A DNA stretch of 63,880 nt, filler included, from Octopus bimaculoides (taxonomy: Eukaryota), in NCBI RefSeq assembly GCF_001194135.2. It is 7 parts of 7 records of this genome, joined end to end, with 100 filler letters (N's around TTAATTAATTAA, not from the genome) between each part and the next. Parts side by side here need not be neighbours in the genome. Positions count along the whole stretch, not along the records: positions 1 to 20,746 come from NC_068996.1; 6 more parts are not named here. One strand, given 5' to 3'. A model generated the notes under the pieces. That model worked only from the letters and a program-made list of their open reading frames with translations. It was not told where the DNA came from and searched no databases. The position numbers and the translations under genes are program-made. Below, piece by piece: positions 1 to 12,340 of the stretch; within the stretch, counting starts at the first letter, position 1; every line of letters begins with the position of its first letter.

Positions 1-325
1 TTATTTGTATCTAAAGCGTCCCCTTTACCTTTGTAGCAGTTGACTATGATGCTGCTACACCAGTCATAGGGTATGACTCCTTCGTGTATCACCTGGTTCG
101 TAATACGGGTGACTAGGCTATAGCCAACACTGCCAGATATTTTGAGCATCTCTGCAGTGATTCCTGATGGGCCGGGGGCTTTCCCGGTCTTCATACTCTT
201 AATTGCTTTATCTACCCTGGTACTATCAACTCGGATAGCTGGTCCCTCTATTGGGTCGACATAAGGCAGGCTCTCTTTCTCCCATTCATTCTCTTTATTA
301 AGCAATCTATCGTAGTGGCATCTCC
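1..325 (-). mobile_element. RTE-clade LINE ORF fragment (pre-RT/RT N-terminal region)
   Basis: The reverse complement translates openly as RCHYDRLLNKENEWEKESLPYVDPIEGPAIRVDSTRVDKAIKSMKTGKAPGPSGITAEMLK...YDWCSSIIVNCYKGKGDALD, collinear with the + strand copy at 4560-4880. It runs off the window edge. Confidence 0.9.
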
Positions 326-544
326 GTGTACCTGATTTACTAATAGTGGATGGAACCAACAGTTAAAAAACAAATGCTTGTAATATGTATTTTGTACAAA
401 TATAGTTCTCAATTTTGAGTAAAAGGTCATTTTTTGTAATGAAGTAGAAAAAAAAAAACAAAAAGAGCAGATTCTCAAACACACCCTGTTCAATTGCTTG
501 GGTGATAGTGGTTGTGGTGGTGATGGTAGTGGTAATAGTAGTAG

Positions 545-615
545 CAGTAGTAGTAGTTTAGCCCCAGGTCAGCCCTCATTCAGCAGACTTATGATCAAAG
601 ACATTTCAGCTAATG
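545..615 (-). repeat. Short dispersed repeat (3' end with trinucleotide tail), also at 8715-8790
   Basis: tttagccccaggtcagc(c/t)ct..t(t/c)..gcag.c...t...aaagacatt.cag follows (GTA)n here and (GTT)n at 8715. Confidence 0.5.
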
Positions 616-1152
616 GACACCAGTACTGCCATTAATTGGAATGTCATTTCTTCAAGAAATTTGGTGAAAATAGTGCTTTGACCTTTGGCATCAACAAAAT
701 CTTCAACAAGAGTCAGGAATAGTTTACAAGTTATTTAGGGAACATTCTTAAGACTCAACAGAAAAAGCAATGAAAAACCTAATGGTAAAAATTCTTCACT
801 TTGTGTCTATGTTACAAATCATTATCATCTGGCTCAAAGGCAAATTTATATACTTTACCCTTAAAATGCTCTTCAATCTTATGCATTGTCACATGAGGTA
901 TGAAATTCTATTATGGTAGGGTTCCACATCTATACTATGCTATTTGTCCTGCTGACTTAGCAGTCAACTTGAGAGAAAAAATCGCAAAGAAAGCATTGGA
1001 AAATGTTTTAGTTTAAGGATGCCTTCATCCCTCCTTTTGTCCCTCCAATTGGTCGCTGAGGTTATGTAAAGGGTCATGGGTACTTTTATTACTAATATGT
1101 GTATATTGAACCATCTAACTCATGCCAGCAAGGAGAAAAGATTTCATATCTG

Positions 1153-1188
<36 letters not shown>

Positions 1189-1470
1189 TTCAATATTAAC
1201 AGTTTTGTNNNNNNNNNNNNNNNNNNNNNNNNNNNNNNNNNNNNNNNNNNNNNNNNNNNNNNNNNNNNNNNNNNNNNNNNNNNNNNNNNNNNNNNNNNNN
1301 NNNNNNNNNNNNNNNNNNNNNNNNNNNNNNNNNNNNNNNNNNNNNNNNNTTTATTAATTACTATTTAAACTATTAGGCCCAATTGAAACACCTGTAAGGG
1401 ACCATGTTTGATTTTTGCAGATAATAAACTTTTATTAAATATTATATTTACATTTTCATACTTTCTTTTA

Positions 1471-1508
<38 letters not shown>

Positions 1509-1745
1509 TTCAAGGTGAATACGGTACTTAAGTTTAGGCACCAGAATTAAGTATGGTATTACCCATACAATTTCAAAATAAGGTGATTAAAATCAAAATA
1601 AACAACAAGGATATCCAAAGTTAATGCAGTACAATCGTTTCTTGCGAAATTTCAGTAAATTTCTATAACTTTGTGCAGCTGAGGATTGCTCTGCATTTTA
1701 CATTTGATGTAATGTTCACATTGCTTAAATAAATGGCCTCACCAA

Positions 1746-2480
1746 GACCTTTGGAAATATGCTGTGCGTGAGAAGACCTGGCAAGCCAAGTGAGACCATA
1801 ACCCATGGTCTTTGCCAGGGGTGCAACCAGCCCACTTATGCATACCTTTCCTTCATTGGAAACTAACCTCTGCTTGCAAAGACTTGTTGAGGCAAGTGAA
1901 ATTGAAATCGAAGCAAATTCGGCGACTGGCACCCATGCCAACCTTTCCTTCATTAGACACTAAACTCTGCTTGCGAAGACCTGTTGAGGCAAGTGAAATC
2001 GAAATTGAACCAAATTCGATGGCACCCGTGCCAGTGGAGTGCTAGCAGCACCATCCGAGCATGATCATTGCCAGAGCAGCTATCTGGCTTCCGTGCCGGT
2101 GGCACGTAAAAAGCACCATTTGAGCGTGATTGTTACCAGCGTTGCATTACTGGCACTTGTGCCGGTGGCATGTGAAAACACATTCGAGTGAGGTCTTTGC
2201 CAGTGCTGCTGGACTGGCTCCTGTGTAGGTGGCATGTATAAAACACCATTTTGAGCGTAGCCATTGCCAGTACCGCCTGACTGGCCCTTGTGCCGGTGGC
2301 ACGTAAAAGCACCCACTACACTCTCGGAGTGGTTGGCGTTAGGAAGGGTATCCAGCTGTAGAAACTCTGCCAGATCAGATTGGAGCCTGGTACAGCCATC
2401 TGGTTTGCCAGTCCTCAGTCAAATTGCCCAACCCATGCTAGCATGGAAAGCAGATGTTAAATGATGATGATGATGATGAT
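1746..2480 (+). mobile_element. 5'-truncated RTE LINE copy: last codons (DLWKYAVREKT), 3' UTR with hairpin array, (GAT)n tail
   Basis: Shares sequence with 5583-6394. Ends in ccaacccatgctagcatggaaagc..ttaaa(tga)n. The AVLEKT C-terminus is also seen at 53455-53475. Confidence 0.85.
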
Positions 2481-3570
2481 ATACATATATATATTTACAT
2501 ATATGTATATATACACATATGTATATATATACATAATATATACATATATATATACATAATATATACATATATATATACATATGTATATATACATAAGTAT
2601 ATATGTATACATATATATATATACGTGTATATATATGAATATAAATATATGAAAATCGTAGTTGAAAAATATTGTGATAGGTATAAAATACCATAAACAA
2701 TTATAGAAAAATGAAGGAGAAATAGATGCTGAATCAAAATTAGATTTAATACAAAATAGGATTTAATACCTATGCACGTTTCAAAAGACAATACAAATAT
2801 GTAAGAAAACAATTATAATCATATTAATTACAATTAAATTTATGAATTGTCATTTTCATCAGTGTGAGGAATTTTTGTAAGGACATCAAAAAAGGTTTAA
2901 TGAAATAAATTAAAACAAGATACAATAAGAGAAAATACAAATGGAGTAATAGGGGAAAAAAATCAGATATTTACAAGGAAGTTGTAAAAGGGGGGAAAAT
3001 AACAGTAATAATAATAGTAAGAGAGATGAAAGAGAAAAAAGACAGACATATCAATGTGTATGCACGTCTAAATGTGCGGTAAATTATAACATAAAAAAAA
3101 GAATAAAAAACTAACAGATATGTTTAAAAAATGATAACAGGTCGAGACAAGGTATAATAAACAGAGCCACGTGTGTGTAGTAGAATATAACGTAACAAGT
3201 GGACTAGTAGCAAAAAACCATAGAGAGTTATACATATTAATATTGAAAAACGAAAAACTATATATATATATATATNNNNNNNNNNNNNNNNNNNNNNNNN
3301 NNNNNNNNNNNNNNNNNNNNNNNNNNNNNNNNNNNNNNNNNNNNNNNNNNNNNNNNNNNNNNNNNNNNNNNNNNNNNNNNNNNNNNNNNNNNNNNNNNNN
3401 NNNNNNNNNNNNNNNNNNNNNNNNNNNNNNNNNNNNNNNNNNNNNNNNNNNNNNNNNATAGATATATATATATACATACATACATATATATATTAATATT
3501 TTACATGAGGCTAAAAAGTGATAGGCAAGACTGTTTGAAAAAAGTTACAATATTAAAGTAAAAATGTACA

Positions 3571-4044
3571 TCTTGTGAAGATCTATTGGGGCAAGTGAGA
3601 TCGAAACTGAACCAAACTCGTGCTAGTGGAACGCTAACAGCACGATCTGAGTGGAATCACTGCCAGAGCAGCGGTCTCGCTTCCGTGACGGTGGCATGGA
3701 AAAAACATCATTTGAGCGCGATCGTTTCCAGCTTCACCTAACTGGCACTCGTGCCGGTGGAACGTGAACACATAATTGGACTGACTCCTGTGCAGGTGGC
3801 ACGCAAAAATCACCATTTGAGTGTTGCCAGTACTGCCAGACTGGCCCTCGTGCCGGTGGCACGTAAAAAGCACGCACTACGTTCTCGGAGTGGTTGGCGT
3901 TAGGAAAGACATCCAGCTGTAGAAACTCTGCCAAATCAGATTGGAGTCTGGTGTAACCATCTGGTTCACTAGTCCTCAGTCAAATCGTCCAACCCATGCT
4001 AGCATGGAAAGCGGACATTAAATGATGATGATGATGATGATGAT
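3571..4044 (+). mobile_element. 5'-truncated RTE LINE 3' UTR copy with hairpin array and (GAT)n tail
   Basis: Same five subunits and the same terminal ggagtggttggcgttaggaa...catgctagcatggaaagcggacattaaa(tga)n as 1746-2480. Confidence 0.85.
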
Positions 4045-4049
4045 GCAGA

Positions 4050-4245
4050 GAAAAAAACCAAAAAGCACTTGTTGCTGGTAGTGTTAATATGAATTCACAA
4101 AGCTTCACTATTGTGCAGAATGTAAAGTAAATCTTGAATGGATTTTCCTTTTAGTTCAGCATCTTTGTACAAGGCAATAAGTTTGCTTCTTAAGTTTTGG
4201 CTGTTGAAATGGTCTCCATAAGAATGTTTAAGGCAAGTTAGAGAT
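4050..4245 (-). pseudogene. hAT-family transposase C-terminal remnant
   Basis: The minus strand reads LKHSYGDHFNSQNLRSKLIALYKDAELKGKSIQDLLYILHNSE, then after a frameshift LCEFILTLPATSA. This resembles the segment leading into the hAT dimerization motif (LTLPAT/SxxxERSFS). Confidence 0.55.
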
Positions 4246-6394
4246 GCTTCCTTTCCAGACCTAGAGTAATGTAATAGTGGAATAATACAGTAGACAAAGC
4301 CATCAGAGCAAAGAAACAGGCCTGGAAATCCTGGAAGGGTGGGAGTAGCAGGGAACCATAGCAGATAGCCAAAAGGGAGGCTGAGCGACAGGTATACATA
4401 GCCAAGAAGTTTGACAATGTCCAGTGACATGAGGACCAAAGAGCTGAAGTATTCTGGATTGCAAGACAGTGTGTGAGAGAAAATTGTGATGTCACAGGAG
4501 AGAAATGTGTCCGCATGGATGATGGTGTACTTGTTTTTAATGATTCGGAAAAGAGGCTTGGAGAAGCCATTTTGAAAGACTGTTGAATGTGGAGAATGAG
4601 TGGGAGGAGGAGAGCCTGCCAAATGTTGATCCAGTAGAGGGACCAGCTATCCAAATAGACAGCACCCTGGTAGATAAAGCAATTAAGGATATGAAGCCAG
4701 GAAAAGCCCCCAACCCATCAGGAATCACCGCTGAGATGCTTAAAACATCTGGTGGTGTGAGCTTTGGCCTAGTCACCTGTACTGTAAACCAGGTAGTTCA
4801 TGATGGAGTCATACCCAATGACTGGCATAGCAGCACCCTAATCAACTGCTACAAAGGTAAAGGTGATGCTTTAGATAGAAATAGCTATGGGAGTATCAAA
4901 CTGATAGATCAGGTGATTAAGGTCACAGAGAGGGTCATAGCCCAACTAATTAAGGAGAGAGTCCGCTTAGATGAGATGCAGTTCGGTTTTGTGCCAGATA
5001 GAAGCACCACTGATGCTATAATCCTGGTTTGACAACTGCAGGAGAAATACCTAACTAAAGATAAACCCCTATATTTGGCTTTTGTGGACTTGGAGAAAGC
5101 CTTTGACAGGTTCCCCCAATCCCTTATCTGGTGGGCGATCCGGAAACTGGGGATTGACGAATGGTTAATAAGGGCTGTACAGGCCCTATACAGAGATGTC
5201 AGTAGGGTTAGGATTGGAAATGAGTATAGTGAAGAATTCTGGGTAGAAGTAGGAGTCCACCAAGGATCAGCCCTCAGCCCCCTCTTATTCATCATAGTCC
5301 TCCAGACAATAACAGAGGAATTCAAGACAGGTTGCCCCTGGGAACTCCTCTATACTAATGATCTGGCCCTCACAGCAGAATCACTACTAGAACTAGAGAA
5401 AAATCTTCAAGTCTGGAAGCAAGGTTTAGAATTGAAGGGCCTTAGAATCAATGTTGCAAAGACCAAAGTTCTAGTAAGTAGGAAGGCAAACACATCACAC
5501 ACCCCTTCAGTTAGGTGGCCCTGCTCGATCTGTAGAAAAGGTGTAGGTAGAAATTCCATAAGATGTATCCAGTGTAAGCTAAGGAGATATGCTGTGCTTG
5601 AGAAGACCTAACAAGCCAAGAGAGACCATAGTTCATAGCCTATGCCAGTGGGTGTAACCCGCCATTTATGATTACCCCTCATTCATTGGACAATATACCT
5701 TGCTTGTGAAGACACTGAGACAAGTGAAATCAAAATCAAAATTGCTGACGTGGCCGATGACAGTACTGCCTGATTGGCACTTGTGTCAGTGGAACGTTAA
5801 AAGCACATCTGAACGTGGGGTGTAACCGGCCCACTTATGAGTACCACTCATTCATTGGGGAATGAACTTTGCTTGTGAAGACCTATTGAGGCAAGTGTAA
5901 ACAAATCAAAATTGCTGACGTGACTGATGACACTACCGCCTGATTGGCACTCATGCCAGTGGAACATTAAAAGCACATCCGAGCATGATCGTTGCCAGGA
6001 CCACGGATTGGCTCCCATGCCAGTGACGTGAAAAGCACCATTCAAGCGTGATCGTTTCCAGCGTTGCTTTACCAGCACATGTGCTGGTGGCATGTGAAAA
6101 ACATTTGAGCGTGGTTGTTGCCAGTGCTGCCGGACTGGCTCCCGTGCAGATAGCACATAAAAACACCTTTTGAGCATGGTCATTGCCAGAACTGCCTGAC
6201 TGGCCCTTGTGCCAGTGGCACATAAAAAGCACCCACTACACTCTCGGAGTGGTTGGCGTTAGGAATGGCATCCAGCTGTAGAAACTTTGTCAGATTAGAT
6301 TGAGCCTGGTGCAGCCTCTGGCTAACCAGTCCTCAGTCAAACCGTCCAACCCATGCCAGCATGGAAAGCGGACGTAAAACGATGATGATGATGA
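4245..6394 (+). mobile_element. RTE-clade LINE, 5'-truncated, with decayed RT, internal deletion and complete 3' UTR
   Basis: ORFs 4583-5032 and 5075-5611 are one frame broken by a single TGA (5030). RT motifs: KAPNPSGI, QFGFVP, AFVDLEKAFD, GVHQGSALSPLLF, degenerate YTND. Followed by CSICRKGVGRNSIRCIQCK and the 3' UTR ending in (GAT)n. Confidence 0.93.
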
Positions 6395-6420
6395 TATATA
6401 TACATATGTATATACATACA

Positions 6421-6866
6421 TAGGATCTTTCTGATTTGGTGGGTGCCACTTGTTTTTTTAACGAAACACTTTCAAACTTGGGACACTGGTAGAATCTGTC
6501 ATATAAAACATCTTTTACTCTTAGTGTTATTGAGAAAATGTTATCCTTTTAAAGTTATTTCGTGTTAAAATTGTCGTATTTCGGTAATTTCAACCAATCA
6601 CTGACGTCTATTGAGGTGAAAACAATTACTGCTGTGGAATGTAAACAACACGTTCTAGCGGTGTAATGGGATCTTTTCCCTTGAATAAAATTAGCGCCGA
6701 TGTTTGTCAACAACTATCGGCGGTACTGTTATTTATGACATCGTTCGTGCGTTTGTACTGATTTTAGCTTTAGGGTTTTAGGGTTAGGGTTAGGGTTAGG
6801 GTTATGAGTATTTTTGCCAACCCTAAACCTAAAACCCTAACCCTAAGCCAAATCAGAAAGATCCCA
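6421..6866. mobile_element. MITE with 19-bp TIRs carrying TTAGGG/CCCTAA tracts
   Basis: taggatctttctgatttgg (6421-6439) versus ccaaatcagaaagatccca (6848-6866), one mismatch. Sits in a TA/CA microsatellite. Confidence 0.8.
6769..6846. repeat. Interstitial telomere-like repeats (TTAGGG)n facing (CCCTAA)n
   Basis: ttagggttttagggttagggttagggttagggtta, a short spacer, then aaccctaaacctaaaaccctaaccctaa. Confidence 0.85.
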
Positions 6867-6885
6867 TACATATATACATATGTAT

Positions 6886-6944
<59 letters not shown>

Positions 6945-6974
6945 TCAGCAGTGAAGAAAAGCACCACAGATCGC

Positions 6975-7340
6975 TAGAGTGGCTGGACGCGTTGCAAACA
7001 CGTGGTTTCCAGTTCCGGTCCGCTATGCAGCATCTTGAGCAAGTGTCTTCTACTATAGTTCCAGGTCGACTTATGCCTTGTGAGTGAATTCATTAGAAGA
7101 AACAGTGTGGAAGTCCATCATGTGTGTGTGTGTGTGTGTGTGTGTGTATTTGCCCCACCCACACGCTTGACAACCGGTGTCGATTTGTTTACGTCTCCGA
7201 AGTGGTTCGGAAAAAGAGTATAACTAAATAAATAATAACATTAAAAAAATAAGTACTGAGTCGATTTATTCGACTAAAGCCTCCAAGGCGAAATGCCCCA
7301 GCATGACAGCAGTCCAATGACCTAAACAAATAAAAGATTA
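6975..7340 (+). mobile_element. SINE family A (tRNA-derived, CORE-like ccttg(a/g)gcaagtgtcttctactatag), diverged
   Basis: Head, (TG)n centre, and tail ...cagcatg.c.gcagtc.aatgact.aaaca shared with more than 10 copies in the window. Confidence 0.75.
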
Positions 7341-8954
7341 CACACCCACATACGTACATATATACACACAGGTATAACACCACTATCTCAACAGTGTTTA
7401 TAATCAGGACATTGCGTTTAAAAACAAAAATCTATAAATACAATAATTTAAAATTGATCTCACGGGTTCAGTGTTTTCCCATCGTGACAAATGTCATGGA
7501 ATAAATGAATAAATTTCTATGAAATAATAGTTGGTTTTTCACGTATTAAAAACACAACAAAACAAAAAAGTAAGAAAAAGAAATAAATTGTTTCTCGAAC
7601 CGCTCAACATTCAAAATTAAAACATCTCGAAGAGAAAACTTAACACTCTTTATATTTAATATTATATTATAACTGAAAATAAATTTTTAAGTAACTGAAA
7701 GTTGATGGCTTTTTAATGACTTGAATAATGCGAAAAGTTGATAATGCGTGATTTCATTCAAAATAAATAATCAACGTTAATGACACTTGCTTAAGGCCAA
7801 TTAAGAAGTTGACATAAGCAAGTATATTGTTCCAATGCGTGTCTGTATATAAAGTTAGAAAATTATAAATACTGGCTATTACTTCAAAAGTGAATGTTAT
7901 GTATTTGTAAGATTTAGCAGGAGACCCAATGGAATGCCAAATTGAACTTCGCGGGATGTGAAGGCAACACTTGCACTTATATAGACTTAGTAATCTGTGG
8001 AAATAGTTACTGAATTTTATTTTCTGAAACTCATATATATCCCTTTGTAGTCTTCGAAAGTATGTTATTGTTTTATCATGCGGCGATCAATAAAGAATTC
8101 TACACACACACACACATACGCAAACACACATATACATATATATATATATATATATAAATATATATGATATCCGAAGAAAAGAAAAAAAAGAAAAGTAAAA
8201 CCGAAGGAGTAGGAATTTTGATAACTGTCTCCCCACGAAATAATCGGACTATTGTATACTGATCAATAATACTTAGTGTCCCATCAATGAATCGATAAAA
8301 AATAAACAACTAAAACTATGCAAAATGCGATATTAAATTTATAAAAAAAAAAGAAAAAAAACAAAACAACCGAATGAAAACATTCTAATTATCAACACAT
8401 TTCTATTGTCAACACCATAAAGAAAAAAAAAAAGAAAATTAATGAAATGGATGTAATAAATATTCATTTACTAACAAAAAATTTAAAAAGAGGAAAATTA
8501 ATTAGGAAAAGTTATGGAATGAAAAGATTATAAAACTATTCGAATCATGTGCCAACTCACCAGGTTTCATGGCTGCCATTTCTCAGTAGTGACGTAACAT
8601 TTGAGTTGACCAATCAAATGTCACTTTAAGAAAGTCAGTCAGCTTGGACCATTATCTTACCATTATCTTCAGTTCTACTAACTCTGTTACTATAATTACA
8701 ACACTATTTTCTGCTGTTGTTGTTTAGCCCCAGGTCAGCTCTGATCGAGCAGGCAGATTTGTAAAGACATTCCAGTCGTCGCTATGTTGTCTTCTTCCTT
8801 TTCCGTTTTCTTTCTTTTCTTTTTTTTTTTCAGATAGAGTCTATTTAAGATCTGTCGTGTCTTTTGTTTTAAATGGATAGAATGTGATTTAGAGGAAAAT
8901 TTTGGTGATATTCAGAATAGAATGGACAAAAGGTATAAGTGATTATATCGATGT

Positions 8955-9135
8955 CAAATTTTGGCACAAGGCCAGTAATTTCGGAGGAGGACATAAGTCG
9001 ATAACATCGACTTGTAATGCTCAACTGATACTTCATTTATCGACCCCAAAAGATGAAAGACAAAGTCGACCCCCGCGGTGTTTGAACTCTGAACATAAAA
9101 CCGCGGGGAAATACCGCTAAGCATTTTTCCAGCGC
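8955..9135 (-). mobile_element. SINE family F (tRNA-derived)
   Basis: atttatcgacccc.aaagatgaaag.caaagtcgacc..gcgg..tttgaactc matches 30712-30925 and 63465-63665. Confidence 0.75.
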
Positions 9136-10671
9136 GGTATAGGTTATTATATCGATAGTATTATTGTAACAGGTACTTATTTTTATTGTCCTCGAAAGAA
9201 TGAAAGAAAGTCACTGTCAGTTTCGATTTAAACTGAGCGAAAATTGATCCCGGCTATCGATCATTTTTGTTTCCTTGACAACATTAGTAACACTTAGACG
9301 CAAACACTACAAATATTACTTCGAGGCTAGGGTTGATTTCTCCTTTTTATTTTTAATTGGTATGGTGAGATAACGCAGTTAACGATTCTCTAGAATAACA
9401 GTATAGCGGAAACAAAGTTCATACTGTGCATTACTTTGAAAACTGCCTACTCGCACCACGTTCCTGACTAAATCGGAAAATTCCTTATTTCTACCAGGAC
9501 TCGCGACTCTTCATGCGAAATGAACTCGTTTTGGAAATGGACTATTTATTCTGTGCTATTACAATAAGCTATTACAATGTTATGAAAAACTATGTCGATG
9601 CAGGGTTGTCTTCGTAGTATTACAGGCCCCCGGATAAATCAATACTCTGGGACATGTAGTATTTATTTATTGACAGCAATACATAGATGAAATTGGACCC
9701 CTATACCCTTGTTCGACATACCCACGCCTTCGAACAGTACTGTATAAATGAACACTTAATGTCAGGCCAGAACAGATAAAAAAGGTTAGTTGTCATAGCC
9801 TAGATTTGGCTTTCCCCGCTTCCAAAAACGTAACATAACTTCGACTATAGCAATCTCATATCAATAAAGCGGCGGCCTAATGTGGTTTGCAGCACACCCT
9901 TGTTAGTTATTTATGACCTACGAATTTGGAGGGATGGAAAACTATTGTTCCTCAAAAGCAGGACTCTTTGGGAAAGAATTATCTCTATCATAAAGTGTTC
10001 TGGTCCAGTTACTTATGAGTACATCTTACACAATATGTGTACATTATATATACCTGTGACTCATATATAAATCATACATTTAGCGCTGATTATTAATGAC
10101 CAAGTTAACACGAAGCCTATAGTTGACATCTGACTTGGCACCTTGGCACCAGTTGAAATAATGATAGGAGAGAACAATGTTTTCCTTTAATTCATTTGTC
10201 TGTGGGCGTAAAAATTCTTATGCGGTACAAAATATCTTTTTCTATGACAAAAAGCATGTACATACTGAATGTTTGCGCAAATGTAAACCTAAAAATTACT
10301 TTATTTCAGCATGAGAATAATGACACATTTTAAGCATTAGTCTCTCAGCAATTGCAGAGAAATGGGGGGAGGGGAAGAGATAAAAATAACTAAATAAATG
10401 AATTAAAAGAAAAAGTATCTTCAAGGAAACCTGTTCTTCTAAATGAACACAAAGACGATTTATAAAAGTCAAAAGCGAACTTGTTACGACTGATACAGTT
10501 GGTTATGAGATTATTTTCACTAACGATACTTATTAATTGCTACATTATGTTAGACAACATGTCTTTTGTGCACTGGTTGCAAATTGCGTGTGCACGCGCA
10601 GAAACTAGAGGGAATATTCAGGTTGCTACATTTTGCATCTGGCCCCAGCCTGTTAATCAGCTTTTACAGGG

Positions 10672-11072
10672 CCAGGCGTGGCTCTGAGGTAAGTAGTTTG
10701 CTTCCCAACCTCATGATTTCGGGTTCAGTCCACTGCGTGGCACCTTGAAAAAGTGCCTTCTACTATAGACGAGGGCCAACCAAAGCATCGCAAGCGGATT
10801 TGATTGAAGGAAACGATAAAAAAAAGCCTATCACACACACATACACAGATAATATATGTGCGTGTCTTTGTGATGTCTCCCACCACGTTTCACAATCGGT
10901 TTTGTTAGCGTCCTCGTAACTTAGCGGTTCGGAAAAACAGAACGATGGAATAAGCACTAAGCTTAAAAAAAAAAAAATGTACCGAAGTCGAGGATCGATT
11001 CGTTCCTCAAAAACCCTTCAAAACGGTGCCTCAGTATGGCCGTAGTCCAATGACTGCAACAAATAAAAGGAT
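10672..11072 (+). mobile_element. SINE family A, near full length
   Basis: ggcgtggctctgaggtaag...gggttcagtccactgcgtggcacc...ttagcggttcgg...tggccgtagtccaatgactgcaac. Confidence 0.85.
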
Positions 11073-11510
11073 TCTATAGAGAAGAAGACCGCTGGTATGA
11101 TAATTATCGTGCTGTAAGATTTCTTTGTAGACAAACCAGCTGTGCAACTAGTCACATTACAATGAAGTAGTCATCAACACGTTGCATTCTATACCCTACG
11201 CAGTTAATAGTACAAGCAACTAACATTACGAGTCAATAAACAAACAGACAAACACATCGCTTGTGTTCACCGACTTCTTGTGTTATATTTTGGAACGTCT
11301 AACATTATCAACATTACTTCATTTCAGGTTAACCCAGCATTTTCCCGAGGGATCGAGGGGCAGTCCTCTTCCCTTCCCGGGATATGCACGTGAAAATTGA
11401 AAAAAGAAAGAAGTTCAATAATTGTCACGTTTAATAAAGTTAAAATGGTTTTAAACTTATTAAAACTTGTCCGACATCATTGCAAAGAAAAGAAAAAAGA
11501 CATAATTATA

Positions 11511-12017
11511 CAAGTTTGACCCCCACCGACTTTGTTGTCTCATAACTTTCAAGAAAATTGGTATTTTTTAATGAAATTTTCTTCAGATTTCTTTCGGATA
11601 ATGTAAATTGTGATTATACTGAAATTTATTGTGAACAATTTTTTCGGAGGTGGTGGGGGAAGAAATTTTGGACAATCCACACAAGTCGACTAACTTTAGA
11701 AAAAAATGGGTATTTTTTTTCTGAAATTTTCCACAAATACCTTTCAGGTGGTGTAAACTACAATTATACTGGAATTTAACGTAAAAAGGAAAGGTGATAG
11801 ATTCATACATCATTTTCTATGTATCTACAAAATAAAACGAGAAATTTTGGAAGATTTATTAATTGTGTCAATATGTATGCGCGCGCCAATCAGATTAAAA
11901 TTTTTTTTTTTTTTACATATACTCTACCTGAAAAGTGTTTGTAAAAAATTTCATTAAAAAATCCATTTTTCTAACAGCTACAAGGAAACAAAGTCGGAGG
12001 CAGGGGACACACTTCTG
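11511..12017. mobile_element. Degenerate Tc1/mariner-type MITE with about 80-bp imperfect TIRs; related fragment at 17752-17857
   Basis: TA-flanked. Left ...ccgactttgtt...ttaatgaaatttt is the reverse complement of right aaatttcattaaa...aacaaagtcgg. Confidence 0.55.
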
Positions 12018-12267
12018 TAGGTATGACAGAAAATACACACACACAAGCACACACACGCACTCATTAATAAAAGATGTACGTGGGTCGAGAAGTTTTTTTC
12101 ATTGGTACTTGTCATTTTGAAAAACAGTGATCTAATCATTGCTGATAAGTTGTCTGTAGCGATGAGAACTTTGATCAGCTTTATCGTGTTTCATTTAATT
12201 TTTACTTCATCTTATTGTCTGATCAACAAACATAATGGCAACTATTATTACTAATATTTTTAAAGTG

Positions 12268-12340
12268 GCAAACTGACAGAATCATTATCACGCCAGACAA
12301 AATGCTTAGCGGTATTTCGTCCGTCTTTACGTTCAGCTTT
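12268..12340 (+). mobile_element. SINE family F head only
   Basis: ggcaaactgacagaatc...aaatgcttagcggtatttcgtccgtctttacgttc. Confidence 0.65.

Noticed and set aside
2027-2330. CRISPR-like repeat/spacer appearance of the 65-nt hairpin array
   Set aside because: The variable segments are homologous to each other and identical in order among three LINE copies. The context is eukaryotic, with no cas genes.
6769-6804. True chromosome end
   Set aside because: Only about five units, internal, and enclosed by MITE TIRs.
9496-9620. Possible + strand terminal exon (DSRLFMRNELVLEMDYLFC...*)
   Set aside because: Only an acceptor-like site and a short open frame; no recognisable homology.
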